Positions 47,872 through 57,674 are shown, counted from the stretch's first letter. The stretch is DNA of 64,000 nt from Minisyncoccia bacterium (GCA_049296855.1 JBAQTF010000012.1:1939-65938); one strand, 5' to 3'. The notes: generated by a model from the letters alone, not told the origin. Program-made: numbers and translations.

Positions 47872-49491
47872 TTGTTAAAAATATGTTATAAACAATGTAT
47901 GAAGTATTCCACAATCATTACCTACGCAAAAACTTTTTTTACTAAAAAAAGGATTATTTGGACAGTTGTTATTGCTATTATTTTGTTTGCAGTGTGGTTC
48001 TTTTTTATTAGAAAATCTGGAGTCAGTAATATACAAACTGCCATAGTTAAACGACAAGATGTAGAGAAGACGGTTCTTACCACTGGTCAGGTTGTTAGCG
48101 CAACAGATCTTAGTTTGAGCTTTCAGACGAGCGGATTTGTTCGAAGAATAAACGTAAAAGAGGGAGATGTTGTAAAGACTGGCCAGGTTTTAGCGGTTTT
48201 GGATCAAGGCGTATCTTCCGCTACGCTTGAAAGTGCAAAGGGGACTCTGGCACAAGCTGAGGCAAATTATGAAAAAATACGTTCCGCTGCAACAGCACAA
48301 GATGTTGCAGTAAGTCAGACGGCTGTAGGCTCAGCTGAGATCAGTTTGGAAAATGCCAAACAAGATTTGATTCATGAACTTTCTAATGCATATAGCGACG
48401 CGAATACAGCTGTTTTGTCTTACACAAATATTTTATTTTTAAATTCACAGTCTGGTTCACCCCAGTTTAGTGTTTCTGGAACTGTTCAGACAAATTCACA
48501 AGCCGTAATTAATGCAAACTCTGATCGTTTGGCTATTAACACACTTCTACCTTCTTGGCAGAACGAAATAGCAAATATTAACACTAATGATTTAGATAAA
48601 GTCATAAATGATTCTTTAAAAAATCTTTATACTGTTAGTAATTATCTAAACAACATTGTCAACCTACTGACGACATATACTCAAATATCATCCGGAGGTA
48701 GCCAAACTACTCTAACTACTTATGCGACAGGAGTAGCCACAGCAAAGGCGACAGTAGATGGATTAATAACTTCTATAATTAGCTATAGACAAGCGGTGAA
48801 AAGTGCTGGAGCAGCTCTTTCTCAAGCGCAAGCATCATTAAGTTTTAAACAATCCCCAGCAAGACCTGAGGATATTAACATTGCCCTCGCCCAAGTCCTC
48901 TCAGCGGAAGGACAAGTGCACTCAGCAGAGTCAACACTGAACAACACAGTAATCACAGCTCCGGCAAACGGTACAATCACTCTAGTTGACATTAAACTCG
49001 GAGAACTTGCTACTGCCGGAAAAGAAGTATTCAAACTTCTTGACGTCGGTTCACTTCATACAGAGGCCGATGTTAGTGAAGCTGACATCGCCTCTGTGGT
49101 TGTCGGCCAGACAATAGATAATACTTTTGATGCACTAGGACCAGATAAACATTTTCAGAGCAAAGTTCTGGTAATTAACCCAGCATCAACTGTTGTCTCA
49201 GGTGTAGTGAATTATAAAGTTACAGGAAGTTTAGAAAATATTAAAGATATAAAACCTGGCATGACGGCAAATATGACTATTCTTGTTAATAAAAAAACAG
49301 ATATTCTCGTCGCACCATCTGGAGCAATAATGAACAAAGATGGAAAGAGATTTGTTAGGGTTATAGACGACATAAAGAAAAAGACATATCACGAGGTGGA
49401 AATAAAAACAGATTTAGAAGGTGACGGTGGACTTGTAGAAATAGTTTCGGGTTTGAGAGAGGGGCAGGAGATAGTGACTTACATAAAATAG
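47872..49491 (+). CDS. Efflux transporter periplasmic adaptor (HlyD/MacA-like membrane fusion protein)
   Basis: TM anchor, biotinyl/lipoyl-like hairpin (VKEGDVVKTGQVLAVLD), long coiled coil and beta-barrel domains. The start may be the internal MKYSTII at 47899. Confidence 0.75.
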   Translation: MLKICYKQCMKYSTIITYAKTFFTKKRIIWTVVIAIILFAVWFFFIRKSGVSNIQTAIVKRQDVEKTVLTTGQVVSATDLSLSFQTSGFVRRINVKEGDVVKTGQVLAVLDQGVSSATLESAKGTLAQAEANYEKIRSAATAQDVAVSQTAVGSAEISLENAKQDLIHELSNAYSDANTAVLSYTNILFLNSQSGSPQFSVSGTVQTNSQAVINANSDRLAINTLLPSWQNEIANINTNDLDKVINDSLKNLYTVSNYLNNIVNLLTTYTQISSGGSQTTLTTYATGVATAKATVDGLITSIISYRQAVKSAGAALSQAQASLSFKQSPARPEDINIALAQVLSAEGQVHSAESTLNNTVITAPANGTITLVDIKLGELATAGKEVFKLLDVGSLHTEADVSEADIASVVVGQTIDNTFDALGPDKHFQSKVLVINPASTVVSGVVNYKVTGSLENIKDIKPGMTANMTILVNKKTDILVAPSGAIMNKDGKRFVRVIDDIKKKTYHEVEIKTDLEGDGGLVEIVSGLREGQEIVTYIK

Positions 49492-49507
49492 TAGAGAAGT
49501 AACTCTT

Positions 49508-50224
49508 ATGCTACTCATTCATACTGAAAATCTAAAAAAAGACTACTTAAATGAAGGAGTTACAACTCCGGTTTTACACGGTGTAAATTTTGATATGGAA
49601 AAAGGTGAGTTCGTTGCGATTATGGGACCGTCTGGCTCTGGTAAATCAACTTTGATGCATATTCTGGGTTTTCTCGACCGATCGACTGGAGGCACTTATG
49701 AATTTGAAGGAGTTGACACAAAAAATTTCAGTAAGGATTATCTAGCTGAACTTCGTAACGAACGGATTGGTTTTGTTTTCCAGTCGTTCAATCTTCTTCC
49801 ACGTACTACAGTTCTCGATAATGTTAAATTACCTCTTATATATAGTAAAAAGAAAAACCATGATGACTTAGCAAAGAAAGCCCTATCTGATGTTGGACTA
49901 TCACATCGTTTGGATTTTTATACAAACCAGATTTCTGGTGGAGAGAAACAACGTGTGGCTATCGCTCGAGCATTGGTTTGTGATCCAGCAGTCATATTTG
50001 CTGATGAACCGACAGGAAATCTCGACTCCAAATCTGGTAATGCAGTTCTCGGTATTTTACAGGAGTTAAATAATAAAGGTCACACTATTATTCTAGTTAC
50101 TCACGAAATGGACACAGCCAACCACGCAAAAAGAATTATTCGCATTAAAGACGGAATGATTGTTGGAGACGAAAAAATAAAAAATAGGACTATTGCGTCT
50201 ACTGACGGAGATTTGAGGAAATAG
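49508..50224 (+). CDS. ABC transporter ATP-binding protein (MacB/LolD-like)
   Basis: Walker A motif [10 protein letters not shown], signature [15 protein letters not shown], Walker B motif [11 protein letters not shown]. Confidence 0.9.
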   Translation: MLLIHTENLKKDYLNEGVTTPVLHGVNFDMEKGEFVAIMGPSGSGKSTLMHILGFLDRSTGGTYEFEGVDTKNFSKDYLAELRNERIGFVFQSFNLLPRTTVLDNVKLPLIYSKKKNHDDLAKKALSDVGLSHRLDFYTNQISGGEKQRVAIARALVCDPAVIFADEPTGNLDSKSGNAVLGILQELNNKGHTIILVTHEMDTANHAKRIIRIKDGMIVGDEKIKNRTIASTDGDLRK

Positions 50225-50252
50225 GATTAATCCCGTTAGAGTTAATAAAGTT

Positions 50253-50513
50253 ATGTTTTACACATATATATTAAAAAGCAATAAAAATGGTAGATTATAT
50301 ACTGGTAGTACAAATGATTTACGGAAACGTCTTAAGCTCCATAATGACGGTAAGTCGAATTATACAAAAAAACATACACCGTATGAACTTATATATTATG
50401 AAGCTTGTTTAAATGATCATGATGCTAGAGTAAAAGAGATATATTTGAAAAGTGGTATGGGTAAGAGGTATATTAATAATCGCTTGAAGAGTTTCCTAAC
50501 TCTAACGGGATGA
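50253..50513 (+). CDS. GIY-YIG nuclease-domain protein (UPF0213/YhbQ-like)
   Basis: FYTYILKS...GRLYTGSTNDLRKRLKLHN shows the GIY..YIG motifs plus the conserved Arg. An 86-aa stand-alone domain. Confidence 0.75.
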   Translation: MFYTYILKSNKNGRLYTGSTNDLRKRLKLHNDGKSNYTKKHTPYELIYYEACLNDHDARVKEIYLKSGMGKRYINNRLKSFLTLTG

Positions 50514-51793
50514 ATTTTATTTCAACTATAAGAATGACTGTCCGCAATTTACTTGCAAGAAAAGGCAGGTCGTTTTTGACCATGCTCGGAATTGTTATAG
50601 GTGTAGCAGGTGTGATTATTATTATTTCTCTCGGTGCTGGTGCGCAGAGTCTTGTTCTTGGTCAAATCAACAAACTCGGGAGCAATCTTCTCAGTGTCCA
50701 ACCAGGAAAAAGTGATACAAACGGACCACCAGCTCAAGCTTTTGGTGTTATCGTTACGACACTAATAAACGAAGATGCTATTGCTATACGTAACTCATCT
50801 GGGGCTCAACACATCATAGCTGTGAACGCAAACGTTCGTGGTACAGCAACAGTCACATGGCAAAACAGAACAATTGATACAAATTTTCTAGGCACAGATT
50901 CTGGATATGAAGATGGAGTTAATTTTACAATCAGAGAAGGTCAATTCATGGACAAGCCAAGTTTGGATGGTGGAGCAAATGTTGTGGTACTAGGTTCGAC
51001 AGTTGCTGACCTGCTTTTTAAAGACTCTGGTGTTAATCCGATTGGTCAAGTTATAAAAGTAAAAAGTGCTGCACTCTCTAACTCATCCTCAAAATCTTTA
51101 GGGGTACCTCTTCGAGTTATGGGAGTCATTGACCCTCGTGGCAGTGCTTTTTTCCAAGATCAAGATGATCAGATATTTATTCCACTTTCGATTGGGCAGG
51201 GCCAACTTCTCGGTATTCATTACTTGCAGATGATTGGAATAAAAGTTGACTCAGCCGACAACGTACAGCAAACCATAGACGATATCACAACTATTTTGAG
51301 ACAAAGACATCATATTGTGAGTGATAGTGATATTGATTTTACCGTACGCAATCAAGCAACAGCCGCTGGGATTTTGACAACAATCACAAACGCTCTGAGT
51401 CTGTTTCTAACTTCGATGGCTGCAGTCGCACTTGTTGTTGGAGGTATTGGTATTTTAAACATCATGTTAGTTACTGTTGCTGAAAGAACTCGTGAAATCG
51501 GTTTACGTAAAGCAGTCGGGGCAACAAATGGAAATATCATGAAACAGTTTTTACTTGAAGCAGGAACTCTGACATCAATTGGTGGAGTTATCGGTATTGT
51601 TGTTGGAGTATTTCTCTCATATCTCATGGCCCTTCTTATGAGGTATCTTGGATATGATTGGGATTTTGTAATTTCAATTACGTCAGTCGTTCTTGCAATA
51701 GGAGTTTCAATTTTGACAGGAGTAATATTTGGACTTTACCCATCATGGAAAGCCAGCAAATTAAATCCAATAGATGCACTTCGATATGAATAG
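50510..51793 (+). CDS. ABC transporter permease (FtsX/MacB-like, large periplasmic domain)
   Basis: N-terminal TM helix, periplasmic domain and C-terminal 3-TM FtsX domain (GIGILNIMLVTVAERTREIGLRKAVGA). Confidence 0.85.
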   Translation: MNFISTIRMTVRNLLARKGRSFLTMLGIVIGVAGVIIIISLGAGAQSLVLGQINKLGSNLLSVQPGKSDTNGPPAQAFGVIVTTLINEDAIAIRNSSGAQHIIAVNANVRGTATVTWQNRTIDTNFLGTDSGYEDGVNFTIREGQFMDKPSLDGGANVVVLGSTVADLLFKDSGVNPIGQVIKVKSAALSNSSSKSLGVPLRVMGVIDPRGSAFFQDQDDQIFIPLSIGQGQLLGIHYLQMIGIKVDSADNVQQTIDDITTILRQRHHIVSDSDIDFTVRNQATAAGILTTITNALSLFLTSMAAVALVVGGIGILNIMLVTVAERTREIGLRKAVGATNGNIMKQFLLEAGTLTSIGGVIGIVVGVFLSYLMALLMRYLGYDWDFVISITSVVLAIGVSILTGVIFGLYPSWKASKLNPIDALRYE

Positions 51794-51798
51794 AAAAT

Positions 51799-53043
51799 AT
51801 GCTTAAGCTAATAAAACAATCAATCAAAGCTCTCTCTGCGAATAAAGCTCGTACCTTACTTACCATGCTCGGTATTGTCATAGGTATTGCAACTGTAGTT
51901 ATGGTTCTCTCGGCTGGTGCAGGTTTCCGAAGTCTTATTGATTCGCAAATAGCGACGCTAGGGAGTAACACTCTTTTTATTCAAGTGCGCATTCCACCAA
52001 CAACTAAAAATCGTGCAGCTAACTCCCAAGGTCCAGGAGCTGCTTTTTCTGGTGTTACAATATCAAGTTTTAAACAGCGAGATTTAGACGATATAAAAAA
52101 ACTAGAAAACGTCGTGGGGGCGTATGGAATTGTCTCTGGACAAGCATCGGCTAGTTATAGAGCAAATAAAAAAACAGCTATTTATTATGGAGCGGGTGCA
52201 GAAAGATTTAGTATTGATAAAACAAAACTGTCTTCTGGAAGGTTCTACTCACAAAGTGAAGATAACTCAGGTAGCCAAGTCGTTATTTTGGGAAGTAAAA
52301 TAGCTACCGATTTATTTGGTCAAGACGACCCGATTGGTAAGCTTCTTCGTATCGGCACATTGAACTTTCAAGTTATTGGTATACATGAACCACAAGGAGC
52401 AATAGGTGAAAACGATAATTTATTGTTTATTCCACTTATCACCGCACAGAAAAAACTATTAGGTGTAGACTATTTTTCGATTGGGGTCGTTGCTTTACAA
52501 GATATAAATGCTGGAGATAGTACAGCCGAGCAGATAAAAATACTAATGCGTAGTAACCACTCTATTACAAATCCTGACAAAGATGATTTTACTGTTAAAA
52601 CTCAAGCTGAGGCACTTGAAACATTCAACACAATTTTCAGTGGCTTAACATATTTGCTTATCGCAATCGCAGCTATTTCTCTAGTTGTTGGGGGAGTTGG
52701 AATTATGAATATTATGTATGTTGTTGTTACAGAACGTACTGCCGAAATAGGTTTGAAAAAAGCAGTTGGTGCAAAAGAATCTGATATTTTAAATGAATTT
52801 TTGCTTGAAGCCATTCTAGTCACTGTTTTCGGGGGTATTATAGGTATCGTTTTCGGCTCATTACTTGGTTACATCGTTTCACTTATTGCTGCTTCACAAA
52901 ACTTAGCTTGGACTTTCATAGTCCCGATTTACGCAATGGTTTTGGCGTTTGGAGTTTCGGCAGCTATTGGTATTTTCTTTGGAGTTTTTCCAGCTCGTTC
53001 GGCTTCGAAAATGGATCCTATCGAAGCATTGAGGTATGAATAA
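51799..53043 (+). CDS. ABC transporter permease (FtsX/MacB-like), paralogue
   Basis: Same architecture as the preceding permease (GVGIMNIMYVVVTERTAEIGLKKAVGA). Confidence 0.85.
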   Translation: MLKLIKQSIKALSANKARTLLTMLGIVIGIATVVMVLSAGAGFRSLIDSQIATLGSNTLFIQVRIPPTTKNRAANSQGPGAAFSGVTISSFKQRDLDDIKKLENVVGAYGIVSGQASASYRANKKTAIYYGAGAERFSIDKTKLSSGRFYSQSEDNSGSQVVILGSKIATDLFGQDDPIGKLLRIGTLNFQVIGIHEPQGAIGENDNLLFIPLITAQKKLLGVDYFSIGVVALQDINAGDSTAEQIKILMRSNHSITNPDKDDFTVKTQAEALETFNTIFSGLTYLLIAIAAISLVVGGVGIMNIMYVVVTERTAEIGLKKAVGAKESDILNEFLLEAILVTVFGGIIGIVFGSLLGYIVSLIAASQNLAWTFIVPIYAMVLAFGVSAAIGIFFGVFPARSASKMDPIEALRYE

Positions 53044-53051
53044 AAAAGAGA

Positions 53052-53069
53052 CCACCCGGTTAAGGGTGG
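53052..53069. terminator. Hairpin CCACCC-GGTTAA-GGGTGG shared by the permease operon (+) and the island-5 gene (-)
   Basis: A-run upstream and T-rich downstream on the plus strand. T-run on the minus strand. It overlaps the last codons of the island-5 ORF. Confidence 0.6.
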
Positions 53070-53335
53070 CCTTTGTCTGATGGTTTTTTAAACCACTTGC
53101 TATTGGTGCGAAGATCTTCCACGACCGCCGAGTCCATTCCGAGCAGTTCGTAGGCGGTTCGTGCTTCTGCGTCCCCGATCTCTTTTTTTGTCCAACAGTA
53201 GTCGATTGCTCCTAGAACACAAGCTTGAGCCGATCTGAGCCGACCTTCTTCAAGGAAGATGTCTACACAGAGTTTACCTTCCTCGTTGAGGTATACCTCG
53301 GCCAGCTGTTTAATGGTCGCTTTATCTGCATTCAT
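53060..53335 (-). CDS. Hypothetical protein (91 aa) in GC-island 5
   Basis: ATG preceded by GGAGGTG. GC about 50%. No family recognised (LCVDIFLEEGRLRSAQACVLGAIDYCW). Confidence 0.5.
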   Translation of the reverse strand: MNADKATIKQLAEVYLNEEGKLCVDIFLEEGRLRSAQACVLGAIDYCWTKKEIGDAEARTAYELLGMDSAVVEDLRTNSKWFKKPSDKGHP

Positions 53336-53353
53336 AAACCCACCTCCATTAGT

Positions 53354-53382
53354 GTTATATCTTATATTAACATGATTGTCAA
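53354..53382 (-). promoter_or_regulatory. Near-consensus promoter TTGACA-N17-TATAAC for the island-5 gene
   Basis: Minus-strand TTGACA at 53382-53377 and TATAAC at 53359-53354, about 20 nt upstream of the ribosome-binding site. Confidence 0.55.
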
Positions 53383-53424
53383 ATACAGCTAAACATTTTA
53401 GTAGTTTTGTGATATGTTTTCATT

Positions 53425-54333
53425 ATGAACCAAGAGAGTATACAGCATACAATCATACTTTTTTATAAATACGTAGAAATAGATAACCCAGAAAAGCTGA
53501 GAGATAGACAGCGTTCTCTGTGTGAAAAACTCGGACTAAAAGGACGGGTGATTGTTGCAAAAGAGGGAATTAACGCGACACTCGAAGGGACGACAAAGAA
53601 CATAAATGAATATCTAAAAGAATATCTTTCCGATTTGCGATTTTCAGATACTCACATAAAGAAAAGTACTGGTGATGGAGATTCATTCCCAAGACTTTCT
53701 GTCAAAGTGCGAAAAGAAATAGTCACTCTTGGTTTGGAAGATGATATCAATCCAAATGAAATCACAGGAAAACATCTCAAACCTGAGGAGTTGAAACAGT
53801 GGTATAAGTCCGGCAAAGATTTTGTCATCGTTGATATGAGAAATGATTATGAGTTCAAAGTCGGTCGCTTTAAAAATTCAATAATGCCGAGATTGCAGAA
53901 TTTTAGAGATGTCCCAAAAGCTCTAGGAGACGTTGAAAAACTTCGTGACAAAACCGTCCTAACTGTTTGTACGGGCGGAGTACGTTGCGAAAAAGCTTCA
54001 GGACTTCTTGTTCGAGAAGGATTTAAAGATGTTTACCAGCTCGACGGTGGTATTGTCAGCTATATGGAAAAATTTCCAGCACAAGAGTTCCAAGGTTCTC
54101 TCTACGTTTTTGACAAAAGAATCATCATGGATTTTGATTCTGTTAATAATCTTGGAGATAAACACGTCGTAATAGGGAAGTGTGACAAGTGTGGATTATC
54201 GAACGAACGATATGTAAACTGCAAACGACCAGAGTGTAACAAACACTTCATCTGTTGCGAATCTTGTTCTGAACCCGACGGTCGTTCCTTCTGCTCCATT
54301 GAGTGTCGCGAAAAAATGATGATAACTTCATAA
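53425..54333 (+). CDS. trhO: tRNA uridine(34) hydroxylase / rhodanese-domain protein TrhO (YceA, UPF0176)
   Basis: UPF0176 N-domain, rhodanese domain with CTGGVRCEKAS, and a Cys-rich C-terminal tail. Confidence 0.75.
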   Translation: MNQESIQHTIILFYKYVEIDNPEKLRDRQRSLCEKLGLKGRVIVAKEGINATLEGTTKNINEYLKEYLSDLRFSDTHIKKSTGDGDSFPRLSVKVRKEIVTLGLEDDINPNEITGKHLKPEELKQWYKSGKDFVIVDMRNDYEFKVGRFKNSIMPRLQNFRDVPKALGDVEKLRDKTVLTVCTGGVRCEKASGLLVREGFKDVYQLDGGIVSYMEKFPAQEFQGSLYVFDKRIIMDFDSVNNLGDKHVVIGKCDKCGLSNERYVNCKRPECNKHFICCESCSEPDGRSFCSIECREKMMITS

Positions 54334-54358
54334 GCATGATCTTTCATATAAAATTTAC

Positions 54359-54850
54359 ATGCAAATAAAATCACAATTCACAGACCCTGATGGGAAAACC
54401 GCCTACGTGACGTATCAAGACGCAGATTCCTTTGACCATCTTTTAGATAAGAAAGTTACCCAAGCATATGGAGTTTGTCTGCTTAATGATAAAATAGTCA
54501 TTGTCTATAGTGGAAAAAGAAAGCATTGGATTTTGCCAGGCGGAAGTATCGAAGAAGGAGAAACATTTGAAGATTGTTTAAAACGGGAGATTAAAGAGGA
54601 ATCAAATATGAAAGTAATTTCTTTTACACCGATCGGTTATCAAGAGGTGCATTTTGACGGAAGAATATTCAATCAACTTCGTTACGTTTGTATAGTAGAA
54701 CCATACGGAGATTTTGTCTCAGACCCTGATGGAAGTATAACAGAAATAAAATTTATTGATCATAAGGACTACAGACAATATTTTGACTGGGGTGATATCG
54801 GTGAAAGAATCATAAAAAGAGCGTTGGAAATTAAGGATAGGGATAAATGA
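54359..54850 (+). CDS. NUDIX hydrolase
   Basis: Nudix box GGSIEEGETFEDCLKREIKEESN. Confidence 0.8.
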   Translation: MQIKSQFTDPDGKTAYVTYQDADSFDHLLDKKVTQAYGVCLLNDKIVIVYSGKRKHWILPGGSIEEGETFEDCLKREIKEESNMKVISFTPIGYQEVHFDGRIFNQLRYVCIVEPYGDFVSDPDGSITEIKFIDHKDYRQYFDWGDIGERIIKRALEIKDRDK

Positions 54851-54884
54851 TAAAAGCATATTTATTTTTTAATATAAATAAATT

Positions 54885-56201
54885 TTAAAATATTCTGTGA
54901 ATAAACTTTATATCTTTTGGGTCAATAAGGTTTTTAGGTAAATCATTTATTTCATGCCATTTCCATTCTTTGAATTTATCATGCTCTATTAATTTAGGCT
55001 CTTCATTAATTTCACACTGAATAAAATAAACTTTATCTCCACTTTTCACCCCATCTTTCTGACCAATCACTCTTAAAAAGTTAACATTACTGACACCTAT
55101 TTCCTCAAGTATTTCGCGTTTAATTGATTCAATCATAGTTTCACCTTCAATTGCGCGACCACCAGGGTATGTCCATACAGGAGCTCCTTTTCTATATTCA
55201 CGTAAGCCCATAAGTATTTTATTATCTTTTTTGATAAGAGCAAAAAAACAAAGTTGATCATAATTAATTTTAAATTTTGAAATGAGATATTTTATGTTTA
55301 GTTGGTTCGAAAGCATTTCTATACTGGGCAATCTATCTGGTCTTTTTCTCTCATAACCGTAGAGTGTTCCGAATTTAGATTGTAAGATACCAATATAATA
55401 TTTCAAACTAGTTTTAAAAAGGTTTGCTGTTTTGTGAGAATCATTGAAATTAAGGAAGATTTTTCCACTCTGGTTGTCTATGTTTTCATTGTAAAAGATG
55501 TCCGTCCAATTTTTCATATAGGCTCTTTTATGCACCCCTTTTTCATTACTGTTTTTCTGTCTAACGTTCATTGTCGCAAAATGAAAATGTTCGACAAACG
55601 CAGTTTTACAATCAATAATTATATAATTAGAATCCCATAATTTGAGAGATAAATTTCCGTCACCATAATAAAATGGGTATTTATCTTCTTCGCAGAATCC
55701 TATGTCAATAAGAGCTGATTTTAAATACATGCCGTGGTTGATTGATAGCTTATGTCCCAAAGTTTGACGAACATAGTACATTTTCTCGTGTGGGAGATTT
55801 CTCCAATAAAATGCTATTCCACCAATTTTTTTACCAGAATTTATCTGATTTTCAAACAAATAATAAGCATTCATTATTGATTCAGGAACTATAAGGCAAT
55901 CATCGGAAATCATGACCACATATTTACCATGGGTTGCTTGAAAAGCGATATTCATATAGTATCCCCAGTTTCTTTTTTCTATTTCCACCCCTTTCCACAA
56001 ACCATTATTATGTTGAATTATAGTGATAATATCTTTTTGAGAAGTCAGCCAAGAGATACTTCCGTCACTAGATCCGCCATCAATCACGATGATTTCGTAC
56101 GGTAGTGATATACCATTTTCTCGTAAGGTTTTTATCGTTTTTTTAAGGAATGGTTTTCTATTATAACTCCCTAAAATGATGGAAATTATTGGCTTAGACA
56201 T
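54885..56201 (-). CDS. Bifunctional protein: N-terminal GT2 glycosyltransferase fused to C-terminal NUDIX hydrolase domain
   Basis: N-terminus ISIILGSYNRKPFLKKTI...VIDGGSSDGS (GT2). C-terminus PGGRAIEGETMIESIKREILEEIGV (Nudix box). Confidence 0.7.
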   Translation of the reverse strand: MSKPIISIILGSYNRKPFLKKTIKTLRENGISLPYEIIVIDGGSSDGSISWLTSQKDIITIIQHNNGLWKGVEIEKRNWGYYMNIAFQATHGKYVVMISDDCLIVPESIMNAYYLFENQINSGKKIGGIAFYWRNLPHEKMYYVRQTLGHKLSINHGMYLKSALIDIGFCEEDKYPFYYGDGNLSLKLWDSNYIIIDCKTAFVEHFHFATMNVRQKNSNEKGVHKRAYMKNWTDIFYNENIDNQSGKIFLNFNDSHKTANLFKTSLKYYIGILQSKFGTLYGYERKRPDRLPSIEMLSNQLNIKYLISKFKINYDQLCFFALIKKDNKILMGLREYRKGAPVWTYPGGRAIEGETMIESIKREILEEIGVSNVNFLRVIGQKDGVKSGDKVYFIQCEINEEPKLIEHDKFKEWKWHEINDLPKNLIDPKDIKFIHRIF

Positions 56202-56293
56202 AAGTTTTATATTAGGGCAAGAATTGTACCACTATAACACGATATTGATATTTTTCAATATCTGTTGTATTCTATTATTAGAAAGGGGGTCCT

Positions 56294-57106
56294 ATGAGAC
56301 TCATTGAAAAATTAGATACTTGTAGGTGTTCTCCTGATGAAGTTGTCGTGCTAGTTCGCCACGGCGTTGATCTTCCTGTTCTTTCTAAAGAACTTAATCA
56401 ACCTCTCACTGAGGAAACAAAATCCGATATAAGGATTCTCGGAGGTGAGATGATCGAGCTCTGTGGAAGACTTGCAGTTAAGAACGTTTACATTTGTCAT
56501 AGTAATCGTCTTAGAGCAATTCAGACAGGAATAATTATGACAGAAGCATTTCATTCTGCGAATATTCCTGTAGAGATAGTTGAGGCCGTTGGGATTCGAG
56601 AAATTTATCAAGGGGATTTTCTTATCAAAGATCATTCACAAGGATCTGAGTATAAGCCACTTGTAGATGCATGGCGGGTGTGGCAACGAAAACTTGATGA
56701 ATCTGAACTACTCTATAGATTCGGGGATCCAATCCTAGATGAGGATGGAAAAGCTCAACATCCTGAATTAACGGGTTGGTTTAAAGAATTTGGTGAGCAT
56801 CAAGGAGAATTCTCTCTACGTCTATATCTGCTGTTGAAAGAAATGTTTGATGATAATAAGGAACACCTACAAATTATCATCGGACATCAAGCCTCTTCAT
56901 CTAGGATTCAGCGAATCTTTGATGCTGTATCTAAGATACAGAGTCCTGACGAGTTCGTACCTGGTGAATTTGTTAGATTTATAGAAAAAAGAGGTTCACG
57001 AATACCTATCGATCCAGCATGTGGAGTGGTTCTAAAAAAGCCAGATCGAGGTCTTGTCACGCGGGTACTTCAAAAGGAGATTGACTATCTAAAAAGCATT
57101 GTATAG
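56294..57106 (+). CDS. Histidine phosphatase superfamily protein (phosphoglycerate-mutase-like)
   Basis: VVLVRHGV (RHG catalytic motif) ... IIGHQAS. Confidence 0.65.
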   Translation: MRLIEKLDTCRCSPDEVVVLVRHGVDLPVLSKELNQPLTEETKSDIRILGGEMIELCGRLAVKNVYICHSNRLRAIQTGIIMTEAFHSANIPVEIVEAVGIREIYQGDFLIKDHSQGSEYKPLVDAWRVWQRKLDESELLYRFGDPILDEDGKAQHPELTGWFKEFGEHQGEFSLRLYLLLKEMFDDNKEHLQIIIGHQASSSRIQRIFDAVSKIQSPDEFVPGEFVRFIEKRGSRIPIDPACGVVLKKPDRGLVTRVLQKEIDYLKSIV

Positions 57107-57128
57107 GGTCCCGTGTAAAAGCGGGACT
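57107..57128 (+). terminator. Hairpin GGTCCCG-TGTAAAAG-CGGGACT downstream of the phosphatase gene
   Basis: Read directly from the sequence. It overlaps the TTG-initiated 5' extension of the next ORF, which argues for that ORF starting at 57150. Confidence 0.5.
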
Positions 57129-57149
57129 CTATTTGTTATACTTAAAACC

Positions 57150-57674
57150 ATGGAACAATACAGACTTACAGAAATAAAAGAAAAAGATGGAGTTAAGGTT
57201 ACCTATATCTGGCACCCAGGAGTAATACCCGAAGGTATTCCTGTACAACAAGTTTACGGTTTTTGTAACACTGTAGATAATCTCGTCGTACTTGTTCGCG
57301 AAAAAGGAGATGACAGGTTTACTCCACCTGGCGGTGGTACAGAAAAAAATGAAACTGCTCTAGAGACTTTATACAGGGAATTTAATGAGGAAGTCCAATT
57401 CATTCCAGAAGACGTCAAGTTATTGGGTTCATTAGAGGTAATAAACCCTGGGGCTGAAGATGAAATTCAAAAACATAATTTACAGGTTAGATTTGTTTGT
57501 AGAATTGGAAAAATGGAAAACTTTATTCCATTGCATGATAATGAAACTGAGCAAAGAATCTTTATCTATTATAAGGATCTTCCTGAATACATAGGATTTA
57601 TAAAAAAATACAGTAGCGGCATGATTCAGTACAATATGTATTGTGATTATGTTGATGGCAAAATTGACCTATGA
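57150..57674 (+). CDS. NUDIX hydrolase
   Basis: Nudix box PGGGTEKNETALETLYREFNEEV. Start moved to the first ATG (MEQYRL). The track start at 57099 is a TTG inside the hairpin. Confidence 0.7.
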   Translation: MEQYRLTEIKEKDGVKVTYIWHPGVIPEGIPVQQVYGFCNTVDNLVVLVREKGDDRFTPPGGGTEKNETALETLYREFNEEVQFIPEDVKLLGSLEVINPGAEDEIQKHNLQVRFVCRIGKMENFIPLHDNETEQRIFIYYKDLPEYIGFIKKYSSGMIQYNMYCDYVDGKIDL

